Positions 42,701 through 56,050 of a DNA stretch of 64,000 bases are shown piece by piece. A program made the position numbers and the translations under genes. Each line of letters begins with the position of its first letter. Within the stretch, counting starts at the first letter, position 1. The stretch covers positions 80,044,001-80,108,000 of the forward strand of contig NC_087437.1 of assembly GCF_036321535.1 (NCBI RefSeq), given 5' to 3'. The DNA comes from Camelus dromedarius. Taxonomy: Eukaryota. A model generated the notes under the pieces. It ran no database searches. It was given only the letters and a program-made list of their open reading frames with translations, and was not told the DNA's origin.

Positions 42701-44194
42701 GGTGATTACAGTATTTACCTACAGTTTTTTGGTAATTATTTATTTACAGATAGATCAATTCCAGGAACAAGGTTTCTAATACTGAATAACTTTAAGAAAG
42801 CTTTTAAATCATCCGTAGATTTATAAGGCATTTTCTTGTTTCTTAGATTACTTAATCACACTCATTTTTGGAAATGCCTAATCAAAACCTTTAAATTTAA
42901 AATAACTGTAAATTGGAGTGTTCATGGCTATAAAAGCTCAATTACTGTATCAGTTCACCAACACGGCCCTATTTGCCAATAAAAGCACTGAGACTGTGGT
43001 TTGTATTTCCAGCAAATCTTTATTGAAAGCCACAAACTAGGTAATGGTAGAAAAAGTTGTTCTAATCGTATCACTACTGTCGTAATAAGACGGGCCCACT
43101 CCTTTTAAAACCAAGGATTCTAAGAGATTCTTAAGGTAGAAACATAGGCTACTGCAATAGTTTCAATACAGATTTGAGAATGGTGAGAGTTTGTCCTGAA
43201 TTCTTTAGTTAAGTTGAGCATCACCTCTTTTCTAGAACAGAACACGAACTGTAAGGACTACAACGGCTGGAAGATAATACAAATACGTGAGGTAAACCAC
43301 CTGGTGCATGGGCACATGGGCACACGGAGTGAGAGGCTGGAACTGTGTCCAGTTAGAGGGTACAAAGCTTGCCTGCCTGAAGGCAGTAATGGCTGCCCTC
43401 TTTCAGGAGATTGTTGCCATGTAAGAATACATCACTCAACATTACCAGAAACTCCAAGTCTTCAAAAAAAAGAGTAGATCAAGGCTTTTTATTTGCCAGT
43501 ACCCAAATTTCATGTGCTATCTCATGTTTTTAAATCATTTGCACATATTTGAACTGAATTAAATCTCTGAGCTACCAGTTTGCCACCTTGTCTAGCAGTT
43601 TGAAGAGTCAAAGGCATTTTCTTACTAGAAAAAAAATGAGATAATTTCCTTCAAAAACCTTGTTCTTTTTAAACAGTACTGCCCAATTAACCAGTAGTGA
43701 CATTTTCCTGAGTCACACAGTGAATGAATTTGCTTTGCCCAGTTACACATTCATTATGCTGAATGTCCATGAAGTCCAGCATCACTATTTCATTGTATGT
43801 ATTTTTATCATATAAAAAGTACCACATCATGAAGGGGGAAATTAGTAAGTCCAAATGTACCATCTTGATATTAGTTTTATTATAATCATTTCAAAGTAGA
43901 CTGGCCATAACATCATAGTTACTTTTTGACACATTCAGGGAGGTATTTGGTGGTATTATCCCAACAAAACAGAGGATAAGAAATAAAGAACAAAATTCAT
44001 GTTTTCTAGTTTTCTAAACCTATGGCTTTGACCTAGAGAAAAGTATCAATTATGGATGAAAATATAATGTATGTGGAAAAGTAGTCACTCCCTGAACTTC
44101 ATGAATAGAACAATATTAATCAATTTTTCTCCATCATTGAAAAAAAATCTTTTAAATGTTCTACTTTATAACCCCTGTCCATACAGCCAACATT

Positions 44195-44199
44195 AAAAA

Positions 44200-44274
<75 letters not shown>

Positions 44275-44297
44275 GAGAGAGAGAGACAGAGAGAGAG
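44195..44297. repeat. Compound microsatellite A(n)-(TA)n-(GA)n
   Basis: Seen directly in the sequence. Confidence 0.97.
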
Positions 44298-44300
44298 AAA

Positions 44301-44346
44301 ATATATTCTATTGGTTCTGTTTCTTTGGAGAACCCTGACTAATACA
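44301..44346 (+). mobile_element. MLT2 (ERVL) LTR 3' terminal remnant
   Basis: atatattctattggttctgtttctttggagaaccctgactaataca is the characteristic MLT2 3' end, which typically follows an internal microsatellite. Confidence 0.85.
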
Positions 44347-44419
44347 GTAAGCTAATTTTATACATGTTGTTCCTAATTTCCATCTCCTCTATCTTATAAT
44401 TTTACAGACTTCTTTCCTT

Positions 44420-44650
44420 AAAAGTTTTCATTTGTCTGCACCCAAAATGAAGGAATTTATATTTATTCACCGTAAGTTTCATCTTATTAGAGTCAACTCA
44501 TTAGTTTTAGCTGAATGATTCTTTTGGAAGCTTGACTCTGAGCTTCCATGTATTCACTGTTTGCACAGGTTTATCTCAAATACAGAGGATAGAATCAGAC
44601 TTCCTTCATCAAGGCTAGTTTTTGAAGTCAGATCAGTGTAAGAGCTATCT
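44420..44650 (-). mobile_element. L3/CR1 LINE fragment (RT region), possibly extending as degenerate pieces to about 46.3 kb
   Basis: ggaatttatatttattcaccgtaagtttcatcttattagagtcaactcatt...ttcttttggaagcttgactctg...ccttcatcaag resembles the reverse complement of the CR1/L3 ORF2 3' region. Confidence 0.6.
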
Positions 44651-47254
44651 GACTTTCTAAGTAAATGGTCTACACCAGCCACAGCTAATGTGAGTGTTGA
44701 CCACCATGTTGTTATTGTTTTTCCCAAGCATAAAAAGCTACCTTAGTAATTCTTTTGACTCATACTAGACATATTATAATGCTCAAATTGAATGACACAG
44801 TTTGTTCTTACCTAGCTTATTAAATTCTCAGAAGAGACTAAACCCTTTAAATGAATAATCTCAAATCAGTATCGAACTGGGCCCATGTATCCCTAGGAGA
44901 TTTAGACCATCTGCTAATTCTGCTGGGCAAAGCCTTTCTTGCCCATTCTCTCCGCTTTGGGGAAGTAGAATCCAATTTGCTTCCAGTTCCCATCTTTTTT
45001 CATCCCATAGTTAAATACTTAGTCTATATAAAATAAACTTTTGCAACCACTTTGTGTTATTTGAACCCAATGTATTCCCTTCCACAAAGAACATAGGTGG
45101 ATGTTTTAAGGACATTGGAAGAGTATTTTGCTAACATAATTCTTTCTTAGAATCTGCTGTCCTTTAAAAATTATATCCTAAAACATGTGTTAACCATTAT
45201 GTAAACAATGAATAGGTCAAAAATAATTCTTTTTATCCAATAAATATTTTGGAAGTTGAACTTTATTACAATTTGAAATGTCACAGAAATGTATTGCTGT
45301 TCCTATCTGATCACTCTTCCCACCCACTCCCATCCTCTTTCCGAACACAAGTATGTGAGGCAAGCTTTTCATGAACAAAGAATCCATTCAGGACTTAGAT
45401 ACCTGGGCCAATTTCTATTCAACAGCTTTCCTATGCACTTGTAGGTGCCAAACATCAACTCTTATGTTTCTCCAAAAGAATTCTTAATAGAAAGGGGATT
45501 AAGCTCTAAGTGCCTTCCTGATTTCACCATTTCTTAAGCCCAGTGTTAGGTTGCTGAAAGTTTACTTCATTTGTACCATCAGGAGCCTAACAAGCTTTAG
45601 AAACTGAGTGATGTAATATTTTTGTGTGTGGATGAAATATTGGAGTCACTAGCAATCTGTTGCATTAAAGGCACATACACATTTTTGAACATCTCTTTAT
45701 TTTTCGAAAATAATTCTTTTGTAATGTTCTGAATTTCAGGTTTAAATGAAGAATGTGAAATGAAAATTGTTGTAACTTTAATAATAATCTGTATGGTAAA
45801 ATAAAGACGAAAGCAAAGAAATGTATGTATTTTCCCAATACTGAGTCTTAACTCTAACCTAAGCAAATATCTACTCATTATCTGAATATAAAAATTAAAA
45901 TGTATTCAGGGTGGGAATGCACTGATAAGTGTCCAGTTTATAAATACCAAAAGCCAGATGGTAGGAACAGTTCCATGAATTCATGTTCAGTCAGATCAAC
46001 ATGCACTCAAGATGAAAAAGGAAACATAACTCACACTAAATGGGAAATTCTCCAAATCATCAAACATGAAATTAAACAGGAGATAAAACACTAAAATTAT
46101 TGCTTTTAAGAATATAATCTGTCACCTGGAAAATGAATTTTATACAGATATAATGAGTTCCCAAGAATAATTTGTGCGATGTCCAAGCAATGGTGTTAGG
46201 TTTGTGCAAACCTTGCCTATCACCATCTTGGTAGTGATTTTTCATCCAAAACATTGTCCACCATCTCCTGTGTTCTCTGAGGCATGAGACCACTGAATAT
46301 CCACATTTGAATCACATGATCATGCAAGGTTACGTATGAAGATTTATTTAATTTATTTATTTAACTATTTGGACCCACAGTTGAAATCAAGAAGGGGCAT
46401 TTCTGGAATAAACAACTTCAGTAGAGTCAGTTTATAACCACTACTTGAGCAAGATATGGACATTCCATTGGCAAGGGTTATTTACTGATATTCACCCCAT
46501 GTAATTTTCCTTCTTGTCAAGGAGGTGTGCCTTACTGTAGTTTTAAGAAATGTAAGCTATAAAGATTCACAAAGGTCGGGAAACAAAGACTCCATATAAT
46601 CTGAAATGAAGGGATAAGATGACTATCTTTGATAATTTTAAATGTTTTTAAATTAATTTTATTTTATATAATTTCCATATCACAAGGGTGACATTCTGCC
46701 CAATAATATATTTGGGTCTGTTTTTGTCAAAAGCCATGTATTCTGTTAATTGAGGACTGACTCCAAAGCCCATTGTACCAGATATTTAATTAAGAAAATC
46801 TCTTAAGGATCAAATACATTTTTCCCAAGTTCACTATATTATTATATTTGTTTACGTTTTTAAATCATGGCTGAAGTAAGCGGTTTTTACCTACTTCTAG
46901 CCTGATTTAAGGGATATTATAAGTAAGAGAAACATACGTAAATAGTATCTATTTTATAATCAACCTATTATAAGAAATGTAAAGGACAAGAGTCAAACAG
47001 TGAAAGAAGGATTTAGAGTCTATAAAGGAGCATTGGCTAAAATATGAACATTATCTTCAATAGCAACTTCACAGAATATGAAGAACACAGATATTTTTTA
47101 TACTGTTTCTTATCACTGTTCTTCAAAAAAAATTAGAGTTGAGAATAAAAGGTTAAGTAACAGGAATTTTTTCTTTCCTGTAAATGTCTCAACGGTCTTC
47201 TAAGAATTTTTCTTTCTTTCAAGTCTTAGCTCTCACTTTCTACAGAAATCATCC

Positions 47255-47795
47255 CTGTGCCCAACATTTTAATTGCCCTCGAATATCTATTCACTCCATC
47301 TCCCTTTCTAATAGATCACAAATTAATTTAGTGGGTAATGTTTCTGTTTTAAAATATTTAGCTTTCCACTCTCTCATGAATCTGAAGATGGGCATGTGAC
47401 CTAGCTCTGGACAAAGAGGTGTATGAGGCAGTGAAGGACTGGGCTTTTCAGAGTGTTGGCTTCCTAACAGACCAAGCAAACCTAGTCAACATATCTTACC
47501 CTTTACCTTTTTCCTTTCTTCCTAGAATTGAAAAGAGGTGTCCAGTAGGGCAATAGCTTTTTTTTTTTTTTTTTTTTTTTTTTACATATAAGGAGAATGG
47601 CATTACACTAAGACGACAATGATGAAAGCTAAGAGGAGGCCAGGACCTCAACGTTGTCATGTTACCGTAACAACCCTGGATTACTCTCTGCCTCCAAACT
47701 CTATGTTACATGAAAAGTAAGATAAGTAAAATAAAATAAAATCAGCATGTTAACTGAGTTTCTCTGACATGCATCTGAGGACAAGCTTAACCCTC
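47255..47795 (+). mobile_element. MLT1-type (ERVL-MaLR) solo LTR, degenerate, with an internal poly(T) at about 47558-47583
   Basis: gatgggcatgtgacctagctctggacaaagag...caaccctggatt...ctccaaactct...ttacatga...tttctctgacatgcatctga. Confidence 0.65.
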
Positions 47796-48084
47796 AGACT
47801 CTGCTTATGTGTCCCACCTCCACTCTGGCTTAGGAGCTCCTCCTGGTTTCCCTGGCCACTCCTACAATCCCAAACAGGACTTTCTGCCCGTCACCACATC
47901 ATAAATCTCAGGAAGACAAATCATGTCAATCTTTCAATCGATGATATCACTAGAACCTTGCATATGTCTACATAGTACATAGTAGGCACCCAAGACGTTT
48001 GATGAATGGGGAAACAGTAAAGAAGTGATTAAATATAGTATCCACCTCTATCTACTACTAATAAATAATTCAAAAGTCTTATTT

Positions 48085-48435
48085 TTACTCAGACTATTGC
48101 AATACCTTCCTCATGGTTCTCTTTGCATCCCCCTGCTTAAAAACCCTCCCACAGCTTCCATTACATTTATAACAAAATCCAAATCCTTCACACATTCTAT
48201 AAAGCCCAGTATGATCTGGCTACTCTCTACTGCTCTGAACATACCTCTCTGCATTCCCTTCATTATACCCCAACCACACTGGCTGTCTTTCGGTTACTGA
48301 AACTTTCTAAGCTCATTCTCACCTCAAGATCTTGATGCCAGAGGTTTCATTTTCACAGATGTTTACCCAGCTGGCTCCCTCTTGCCTTTCAGATCTCTTC
48401 CCCAAAGAGGACACAGCTGATAACTCCATCTAAAC
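48085..48435 (+). mobile_element. L2 LINE fragment
   Basis: gactattgcaataccttcctcatggttctc...ccctgcttaaaaccctccc...aaaatccaaatcctt...ccacactggctgtcttt. Confidence 0.7.
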
Positions 48436-48475
48436 ATCTAAAGGAACTTATTAAGCATTCTACCCCATAGCCCTC

Positions 48476-49030
48476 TGGTAGGCCCGATGAGAAAATATTT
48501 GTTGCTGCACCATTAGGGCTTTCTGAGAAAATTTACTGACACTTGGAACTTGGGCTAAAAATGCAATCCTTAGAAGGTAATTTATGACTGAGTAAATAAT
48601 GAAAACTGTAAAGAGATTTACTTTTCCAGAGGTATAGCTTCACATTTCAAGGGGGGTTGAGACTCAGGACCAGGGAGGCATTCCAAAAAGTGAGGACTCA
48701 GGATCCTCCCCATTACTTTTCCAAGGAAACTCTCTCAAAGGAGGAAGGAAGACAGCTGCCTCTCTCTCCTGTATACATGTCCGGATTCATCCTCTTTGCA
48801 GGGGTGGGGGGAGCGGGTTACTCACTTATAACACAGACCCACTGTGTGTAGGTTGGCATCTGGCTCTCACTGCATAGCCCAGAGGGAGGACACTGTAGCA
48901 CAAGGGAACTGGCACATTTTTATTTGCTACAGATAAGTAGTAGCAAGTCTTCTCTGCTCCAGAAACTTCATGTTGGCATTCAGGGTAATGTTAATAAGTA
49001 TTGTATTAAAAACTTAAGATCTCCTTCATT
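48476..49030 (+). mobile_element. Probable ERVL-class LTR remnant (family uncertain)
   Basis: LTR-like composition and 3' motifs (gggaactggcac...ctccagaaacttcatgtt). Termini and TSD not clearly identified. Confidence 0.35.
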
Positions 49031-50485
49031 CTTTTACTGACAGCCTGCTAAAGGATATAATATGTAGTATATCTTTGAAAATTAAGGTTTTTATAGATTT
49101 CTGAAATGACATTTTGTGTTTCTTTTTAAATGAACTGATTTCCGTATGACTTAGCTGCTAGCTGTGAAGTTAATGAGATTCATAAGTTATGTAAATATTG
49201 AATAATTTATCTGTGTTCCTGCCCAGCTGCAGAGAGAAGGACCAGGCCTTCTCTGAAAAAGCAGTTCTAGTTCTCCCCAAAGTTCTGAACAAAAACGCAA
49301 TGACCTCAGAGTTCTGTATCACGTGTTAACTGAAAAACTTTAAAAGACTGCACTTCCATAATTCTCAGTGTCTATCATGTGAGTACTGCCAACAATTTGG
49401 ATTTGAGGAGGACTACACCTAATAGCATTTCAAGATGATTTACTCCCAAAATACACTTAACAGAAGCTACAGAGTAGACTTGTTAAGCATCATCCACTCG
49501 GATATTGAAAAAGAATCTTTAGAAAATGGACTTGGTGGACTTGAAACTGAGCTCTTACTTCTGATAATATTTGTGCAGTTTGTTCAAGCTGATCATCTCA
49601 TTGTAGAAACAAAACAAACATATTGATACCATAAATATTCACCAAATAAAATTCTTAAAGATTTCACCAAAGAGAAACATCGACTCTGACTTATGGTGGT
49701 GGATTCAAAAATAGGTAGAATTAATTAGGCACTCTCTTTAAACATTTTAAACTAGGATTTATAGTAAAAATAATTTCTTCTCTAAGAACTGCTGAATGTA
49801 GTAGATTTTTTAAAAATTCTATCATAACAAGTCAGTTGAAATTACCTAAAATTTGAAGAGAAAGTAAGTGAAATATAAACTTCCGAAACCTAAGCTAACC
49901 AAAACCAACACCTTTGATCAGCCATTTAGAGAAGTATCCATTCTAAAGGATTATTTAACAAATGTGTTGCTACTATGAATAAGGAGGTACCAACTAAAAT
50001 CCTGCTGGGAGGATAAACTGATAGAAGATAAACTGCATGACTGGACATTGTAAGGTTGCAACACCCAATGCTTTCAGAAGGGTAAACTGAGTAAACAAGA
50101 GTTGACAATTACATATTGTGTAGTTGTATCTCTAACATATTCCACAGAACAGGGCTCCCTGATTGGCAGGTATGAGCCTCTAGCCTTCTCAGTAGGTATA
50201 TTCCTAGAGTAGAGAAGGGTACAGACCAATCTATTAACATTGTTTCCAAAGATGATCATCTAAATAATTTGTGCCCAAGTGTCTTTTTTTAAACCAATAG
50301 ATTTCCCAAATAGACATCTCTTCTGAGAAGAAAATTTGCTGATTCCCCAATATCAGTGTTTCAAACCACTTATCAATTCAAAACAGATTAATTCATAAAG
50401 CTCTCATAATTTGGTAGACATCAATCAGTATTTCAGAGATTGCTATCTACAGAGGAAAATAAAATCAAGTTCCTGAGAAAACAAA

Positions 50486-50591
50486 ACTGAGAAATAAGAT
50501 TTGGAACCATAGTGATATCATAAATATGACTACATTATACATACAATTATATATTATATAATTTACATACCATTCAATATACAAAGCCATA
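50486..50591 (+). repeat. Direct repeat copy 1 (partner at 51592-51697)
   Basis: 84-bp core 50486-50569 vs 51592-51675 has 3 mismatches, plus about 22 bp of weaker similarity. Confidence 0.95.
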
Positions 50592-50658
50592 TGGAGAGGG
50601 TGATGCTCTTGCTAATTTCTAGTCCCTGCAAAGAAAGATATTTATGAAGGTGTGAGGC

Positions 50659-51158
50659 CAGGGCTGGATACAAAATTTGCAGGAATCAGTGAAAAATAAA
50701 AATGTGGACTCCTTGTTCAAAAAGTAGGGAAAAAAAAGCTTTCTCTTTTCGTCTGCATCTTCTCAACCCTATCATGGTAACTTTTATTTGCTTTCTATGT
50801 CCTGCTCCCTTAGGAATGAGACTACCTACTGGACAAGTACAGAACCTCGCAAGTGACCTCTCTATGTCCATGTCCACTGGGGACCACGGGATTGCAGAAG
50901 TCATTGGGCGGAAGGAGGGGAGTGGGCTACTGGGCATCTGACCAGAGGAGGCAGAGAGGTGACAGAGGCAGGACTACGTGTGAGTACAGGCTCAAAGATC
51001 CCAGTGCATGCCCCATCATCCCACTGGAATGGTTTTGACTACAAAATACAAATTTAAAGACAAAATTATCAGGAACTTTATGATGACCACATTTTATTAA
51101 ACCCTAAGCGTCAGGGCCTGTGTAACTGTCTTGGCCATGAGCCCATGAACTGGCCCTT
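50659..51158 (-). mobile_element. MER45-family (hAT-Tip100) DNA transposon remnant
   Basis: Ends match MER45 TIR regions: cagggctggatacaaaatttgc...aaaatgtggactccttgttcaaaaa and gcccatgaactggccctt. Confidence 0.8.
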
Positions 51159-51591
51159 CCTGCAGCAGAAGTAGTTACATAGTCTCCCTGTCCAGGCCCT
51201 GCCTCATCTATTTCTACCATCTATGAGCTGGTCTGGTTGCTTTCAGGTCTCTGTGCTGATGTGGTCTTGGCAGACAATTCTAAGCTTTTCTGTCTGCCAT
51301 TGCTCTGTACTCAGTTACCCTCATGTGTTCAGATTGCTCTTGCTACGGAGATATATGCTCCTAATTACTGTCACAAATTCCCATGACACACCAACAGTAG
51401 AAGGTACAGCACTCCTCTGAAACCCCTTTCAGATGTTAATGTTCCTTTCTAGTCACTCCACAGCAGGAATTTGGGGTTTGAAAGACCTCTCTGCCTAAGT
51501 CACATCCAGGTTAAGAGCAGCTTGGGAAAAACAGCCCCATAACTCAAATATTTTCTCCTCTATGTGAGGCTCTTATCTCCGAATAAATAAG

Positions 51592-51697
51592 ACTGAGAAA
51601 TAAGATTTGGAACCATAGTGATATCATAAATATCACTACATTATATATACAATTATACATTATATAATTTACATATTACACAATATATAATGTCATA
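51592..51697 (+). repeat. Direct repeat copy 2 (partner at 50486-50591)
   Basis: actgagaaataagatttggaaccatagtgatatcataaatat... identical start to copy 1. Confidence 0.95.
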
Positions 51698-52119
51698 CAG
51701 AAAGGCATCACCAAGAAGGACCAACTAATACTTACTGATCAAGCTTGGAATATGCAGTTGAACAGCCACATGAATTATAATAAACTGTTAGGGTAAGAGG
51801 CTTGGTCAGAGCAATTGGGGAGTCTTTGTCTGGCTTGATCACCTCTTTACAGAAACAGAGTCAAAAATGTCATGTTGCTAATTAGTCCAATTATGACCTT
51901 GGACAAGTCACTTCATAGCTCTCTCATTCTTCATCAGTCAAAAATCGAAAGGGTGAAATTACATTGTCTAAGCCCTAACCAGTTTCAAAAGCATTTAATT
52001 CCATGAGAGAAAATAAAAAGGATAGAAGAAATGTAACCAAAAAGGCCTTTTTCAAATAAACCTGAAAATGTATCTTTCAGTATATCGTTTTTTACTTCTA
52101 GCTTGGCATGGATTCCCTG

Positions 52120-52500
52120 ATGGTTCAGTTCAGATCCTCTGGGCAGAGGTGTTGAGATGAAGTGAGGAGAGCAAGAGGTCCCCTAGGGATGGGGAGTGAG
52201 GGGTGGGCAGTGCCCGTGAAAGACCGAAGAGGAAGAACAGAGGTGAGCAGGAGTAGCTTTCAGACACAACACAGAACCAACACTCATGAAATGGATGGAG
52301 GGAGAAAGCAGAAATGGGCAGAGAAAGCATCAGGGTGCTGCCAACCTGCAAAAGTCTCAGGTAACCTGGTGGGGAGCTCCGGAGCAAAGACAGCCCTTTG
52401 GAGAGTTCTCTCAGGAGGGTACAGAGGAGCACCTGGGAAGACTGGCCTCAGATCCAACACTGAGGTGGTTTCTGAGGTGCTGCCACTGAGGGAGACCCTC
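52120..52500 (-). mobile_element. LTR33/LTR41-like ERVL LTR remnant
   Basis: Purine-rich gagatgaagtg...gcaagagg...cagaaatgggcagagaaagcatcag...aaagtctcag...ggggagctccggagcaaaga resembles reverse LTR33/41. Confidence 0.55.
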
Positions 52501-53074
52501 TAACTGTAAGTTCTTTCTAGAAGGGAGATTGTGATGTCCAACTCCATGCCTGCCAGCCCTAATGACACTAATTATGAAAGCAAACCATGGATGTTAGGGA
52601 ACTAGGTGCTTTTTCCAGATTTCATCACAGACTTACATTTCTAGAACTCAGTTCTTGTATTTTCATCATTAAAGAGTACTGTTTAATTAATAAAGATTAA
52701 AGTAGTTTTTTAACAGGTGTGGAATAGAGAAATTTAGTTCTGTAAGTAATCTTAAAAATTATTTTCCCAATTTTTTCATTTGACATAGAGAAAACCAAGG
52801 CCCAAAGGCATTCTGTACCCAACTTCACCATGGTTGGCACCAAGGCAAGGAAGGGAACTCAAACCTCCTCACTCCCAAATCAGACCTCCTTTAAAGGAGC
52901 TGAACAAGCTAAGAAAGAAAAATTTTTTTTCACCAACAGTTCAGGCTTTAAAAAAATATATTCAGAACTGGGAATAGCTGTTCTGTTGCAAAACCTGACA
53001 CTGAATGGGGCAGGCTAGTAAAAGTTTAGAACAGAATTCAGCACCACAAAAGTCATGTGGAGTGAATCATATTA

Positions 53075-53312
53075 CAGTTGATCCTTGAACAACATGGGTT
53101 TGAACTATTGGGGTCCACTTATACTCAGATTTTTTTCAATAATATATACTGCAGTACTACATAATCTGTGGTTGCTTGAATCTGCAGATGCAGAATTTTG
53201 GATACGGGGAACCAAACCACATATAAAGAGGGTCAACTATAAATGACAGGTGGATATTCAACTGAGTGGAGGGAGGGCACCCATGACTCCTGCATTGTTC
53301 AAGGGTCAGCTG
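53075..53312 (+). mobile_element. MER8 (Tigger2-derived) MITE, 238 bp
   Basis: TIRs CAGTTGATCCTTGAACAA ... TTGTTCAAGGGTCAGCTG, 5' TA target site, internal gggtttgaact...gggtccacttata. Confidence 0.88.
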
Positions 53313-55782
53313 CACTTGGTCTCCAGTGAATAAAGACATGATGCATCGATGAAAATCACTTTAGATTTTAAATTATTTAATACATTCTACATTTATAGAT
53401 TTGAATCCACAGACTCTGAAAGATGTGCATCTGGTCCCCAAATCTGAAGTTCCTGTTCCTTTTACCACACGACCCCAAGTCTTCTGTTAGTTACTTTTCT
53501 TTGCTTACTGCTATTCATAGTCAACATGGCTACCTGATTTAATCTAAAATTTCAGTAAGTAAAGTCAACATTCTGCTTCCATGAGGCAGAGATTTGTAAC
53601 AACAAAAACTGAGAAACCATCTTTCTCTTTAGATAAGTGTGAATAAGATCAGGTAAGCTAAAACTGATCTTTGGGGAACTGAGTGCAATAAAGGGATGTA
53701 CTCCATCCTCTCCCCACAAACTAGACAATGAGCCAAATGAGTAGGCCTCAACAAGCTATTTATTTAGAGGAATGTACAGATTACACAGATTGTAAAGTAA
53801 ATAAGCATGACAGTTATTTGGGGATCATGATAATACTAAATGCTTTTCTCATGAGTCTACTCCAGTTATAATATTCATAATACAGAAAATAGTCACTTAT
53901 AATCATTATCATTGTCAGGTAAATAAATATTACAGCAGGTGTCACCAGCTTGAAAGATACTGAAACTTTCCTAAAAATACCTGAAAATATTTTGTTGTTT
54001 GAAGGACTAGGAGAAGTATATCCTAAAGCTAAGTGGCCCTTGGGGGAAAGGCCCTGAGAATGTTAAAACTTTGATATGATGATTTCTGTTATATAAAATG
54101 TGATCACATGTCTCAGAAGACCCCTTGGCTGGCAGAGTTCTTCCCACTGGCTGCTGTATCGGGTGCTGTCTCTAGGCAGAAAACTAGAAAGCAACTTTCT
54201 TCTATCAAAACACTTTGAGTTGAACTATAAATATAGACCATATATAGGAAATAGCTGAAGGGTTAGCATATCCTGCTCTGTCTTGGCTCTGGCCTCTACT
54301 TAGAGCTGTGTCACTGCTTAGATCTAGATCAGTTGAATTTTGTTCATAATGGCAGGGAGAAATTCCTCATCATGTTATATATTGAATCCTAACAAAAACC
54401 CCTGGAGCACAAAAGCAGATTTACTATCAACTCACACTTACATGAAATATTATCTTGATTTTAACTTAGGTTAACACACATTGTCCTGGCTTTGTTCTCC
54501 AGGACAGTTCATACCCTCTAAAATTTAGAATTTCTAACTGAATGCCTATGTGAGGGCAGAGTATCCAAGCAGTCTGTGCTTCAAAAGGCTCAAAATGAAA
54601 AAGGCTGAGTAAAATAAATCAGTTGGACTACTTAGTGGTAAATGCCTCATTTTCTTGTTGTATTTACCCTTCTGACCCAGCAGAACAGTAATGTCTATCC
54701 TCTTGCTGCATTCTTAATAAGGTTATTCACACTGCATATGCAATGAGTTTGTGCCCCATGCAATAAGTTTTCAGCTCTGAAATGTGTGTGAGAATGCAGA
54801 CATCATTATTGGAGGAATTAACCTTGTAAACGAGGAGCAACCTTACTGAAGCTCTGGATTTTGATTATTCAAGAGTGACACAGAAATACAGGCAGTTTTG
54901 TGCAGAATTGTAACGATCGGTTTTGCAAATAGTCACTGACTATGAATAAGCAACTATATCCTGGCAACAAGTGAAGAATTCTGACTTCATTGTAAAAATA
55001 TTTCCGTGTTGGCTTATCATTTCCAATGCCAACAGAGGAAAGAAATCCGGTGAGTATTTCCGATACGTAGAATTAAGTGCTTACTCATCAGTAGTGATTG
55101 TATTTTGAAAGGCTTGAGCTGAACAAAGCCAGGAGGAAACGTGGAAAGAGCAGAACAATTTCAAGCCACACTGCTGCTTATAGCCTCTAACATGCCTCAG
55201 AGATTCTACTGTGTCTCACCCTCTACCCAACCACACTGATGTAACTTCAACAACCACAGCTAAGACATACTGGAATAAGCTAGAATTCTATCAACTTCCT
55301 GATTCATTAAGAGGTTACAGAAATATTAAAGTAGGATAAAGCTACTAATTCATAGCTCAAAAACAAGAGATCAAAGGAAAAAATAAATATTTTCTCACTT
55401 AGGGAAAAGTCTGAGATAAATCACTTGACTTTAAGTTCAACCAGTTTCCTAACAAAGGAAAAAACATGACTATTAACATGGGACTTAACAGATTCCTCCC
55501 TTGCTTCTCCCTCCTCCAGTTCACGAGAGCTATCTCCTCTTCCTTGTACCTTGGGGAAGCTCAAGGGGGAAGAAATTTCAAAAACCTATTAATTGAGAAG
55601 AATATTAAGAAGCTTTAGCTTGGAAGCAAAAATTCATGCATCTAATGCCGTTTAAGCCCATGTATAAGGCCCACCTGTCAGGTCTGAGCATCATGGAGAA
55701 GATGCAGGGAGAATTTCCCTCTCTTCCGTATGGGTACCTACAGAATTTTTAGCAGCTACAAGAATAAATACAAATCCCACTG

Positions 55783-56050
55783 CTGATCATGGTATAGGTG
55801 GAGGTACAAAGGTGTACTTAATTGTGAAAACTGTACAGCTAAGATTTGTGCATTTCAACATCTCTAAATATCTCACAAAAAAGAACTATAAATACAACTA
55901 CTACTAATAACTGAGTTTGTGTGGGGAGCAGGTAGAAGCAAAGATAAAACAAGAACAGCTAAATATTGATAATATTTTAAGCTGAGGGAGGGGTTCATTA
56001 TACTATTCCAGTATTATGTATATGTTTGAAATTTCCCATAAGAAAAGGTT
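55783..56050 (+). mobile_element. Old L1M 3' end fragments
   Basis: aactgtacagctaagatttgtgcatttca and ggggttcattatactatt...tatatgtttgaaatttcccataa. Confidence 0.65.

Noticed and set aside
44156..44338. ORF with IY and RE repeats
   Set aside because: Translation of the (TA)n(GA)n microsatellite.
50486..51697. Direct repeats read as LTRs or TSDs of a 1.2-kb novel element
   Set aside because: No TG...CA ends, no flanking TSD, no internal coding sequence, and the interior is an old MER45 plus unique DNA.
52130..52503. Overlapping 100-113 aa ORFs
   Set aside because: They lie in a degenerate LTR33/41-like repeat and show no protein similarity.
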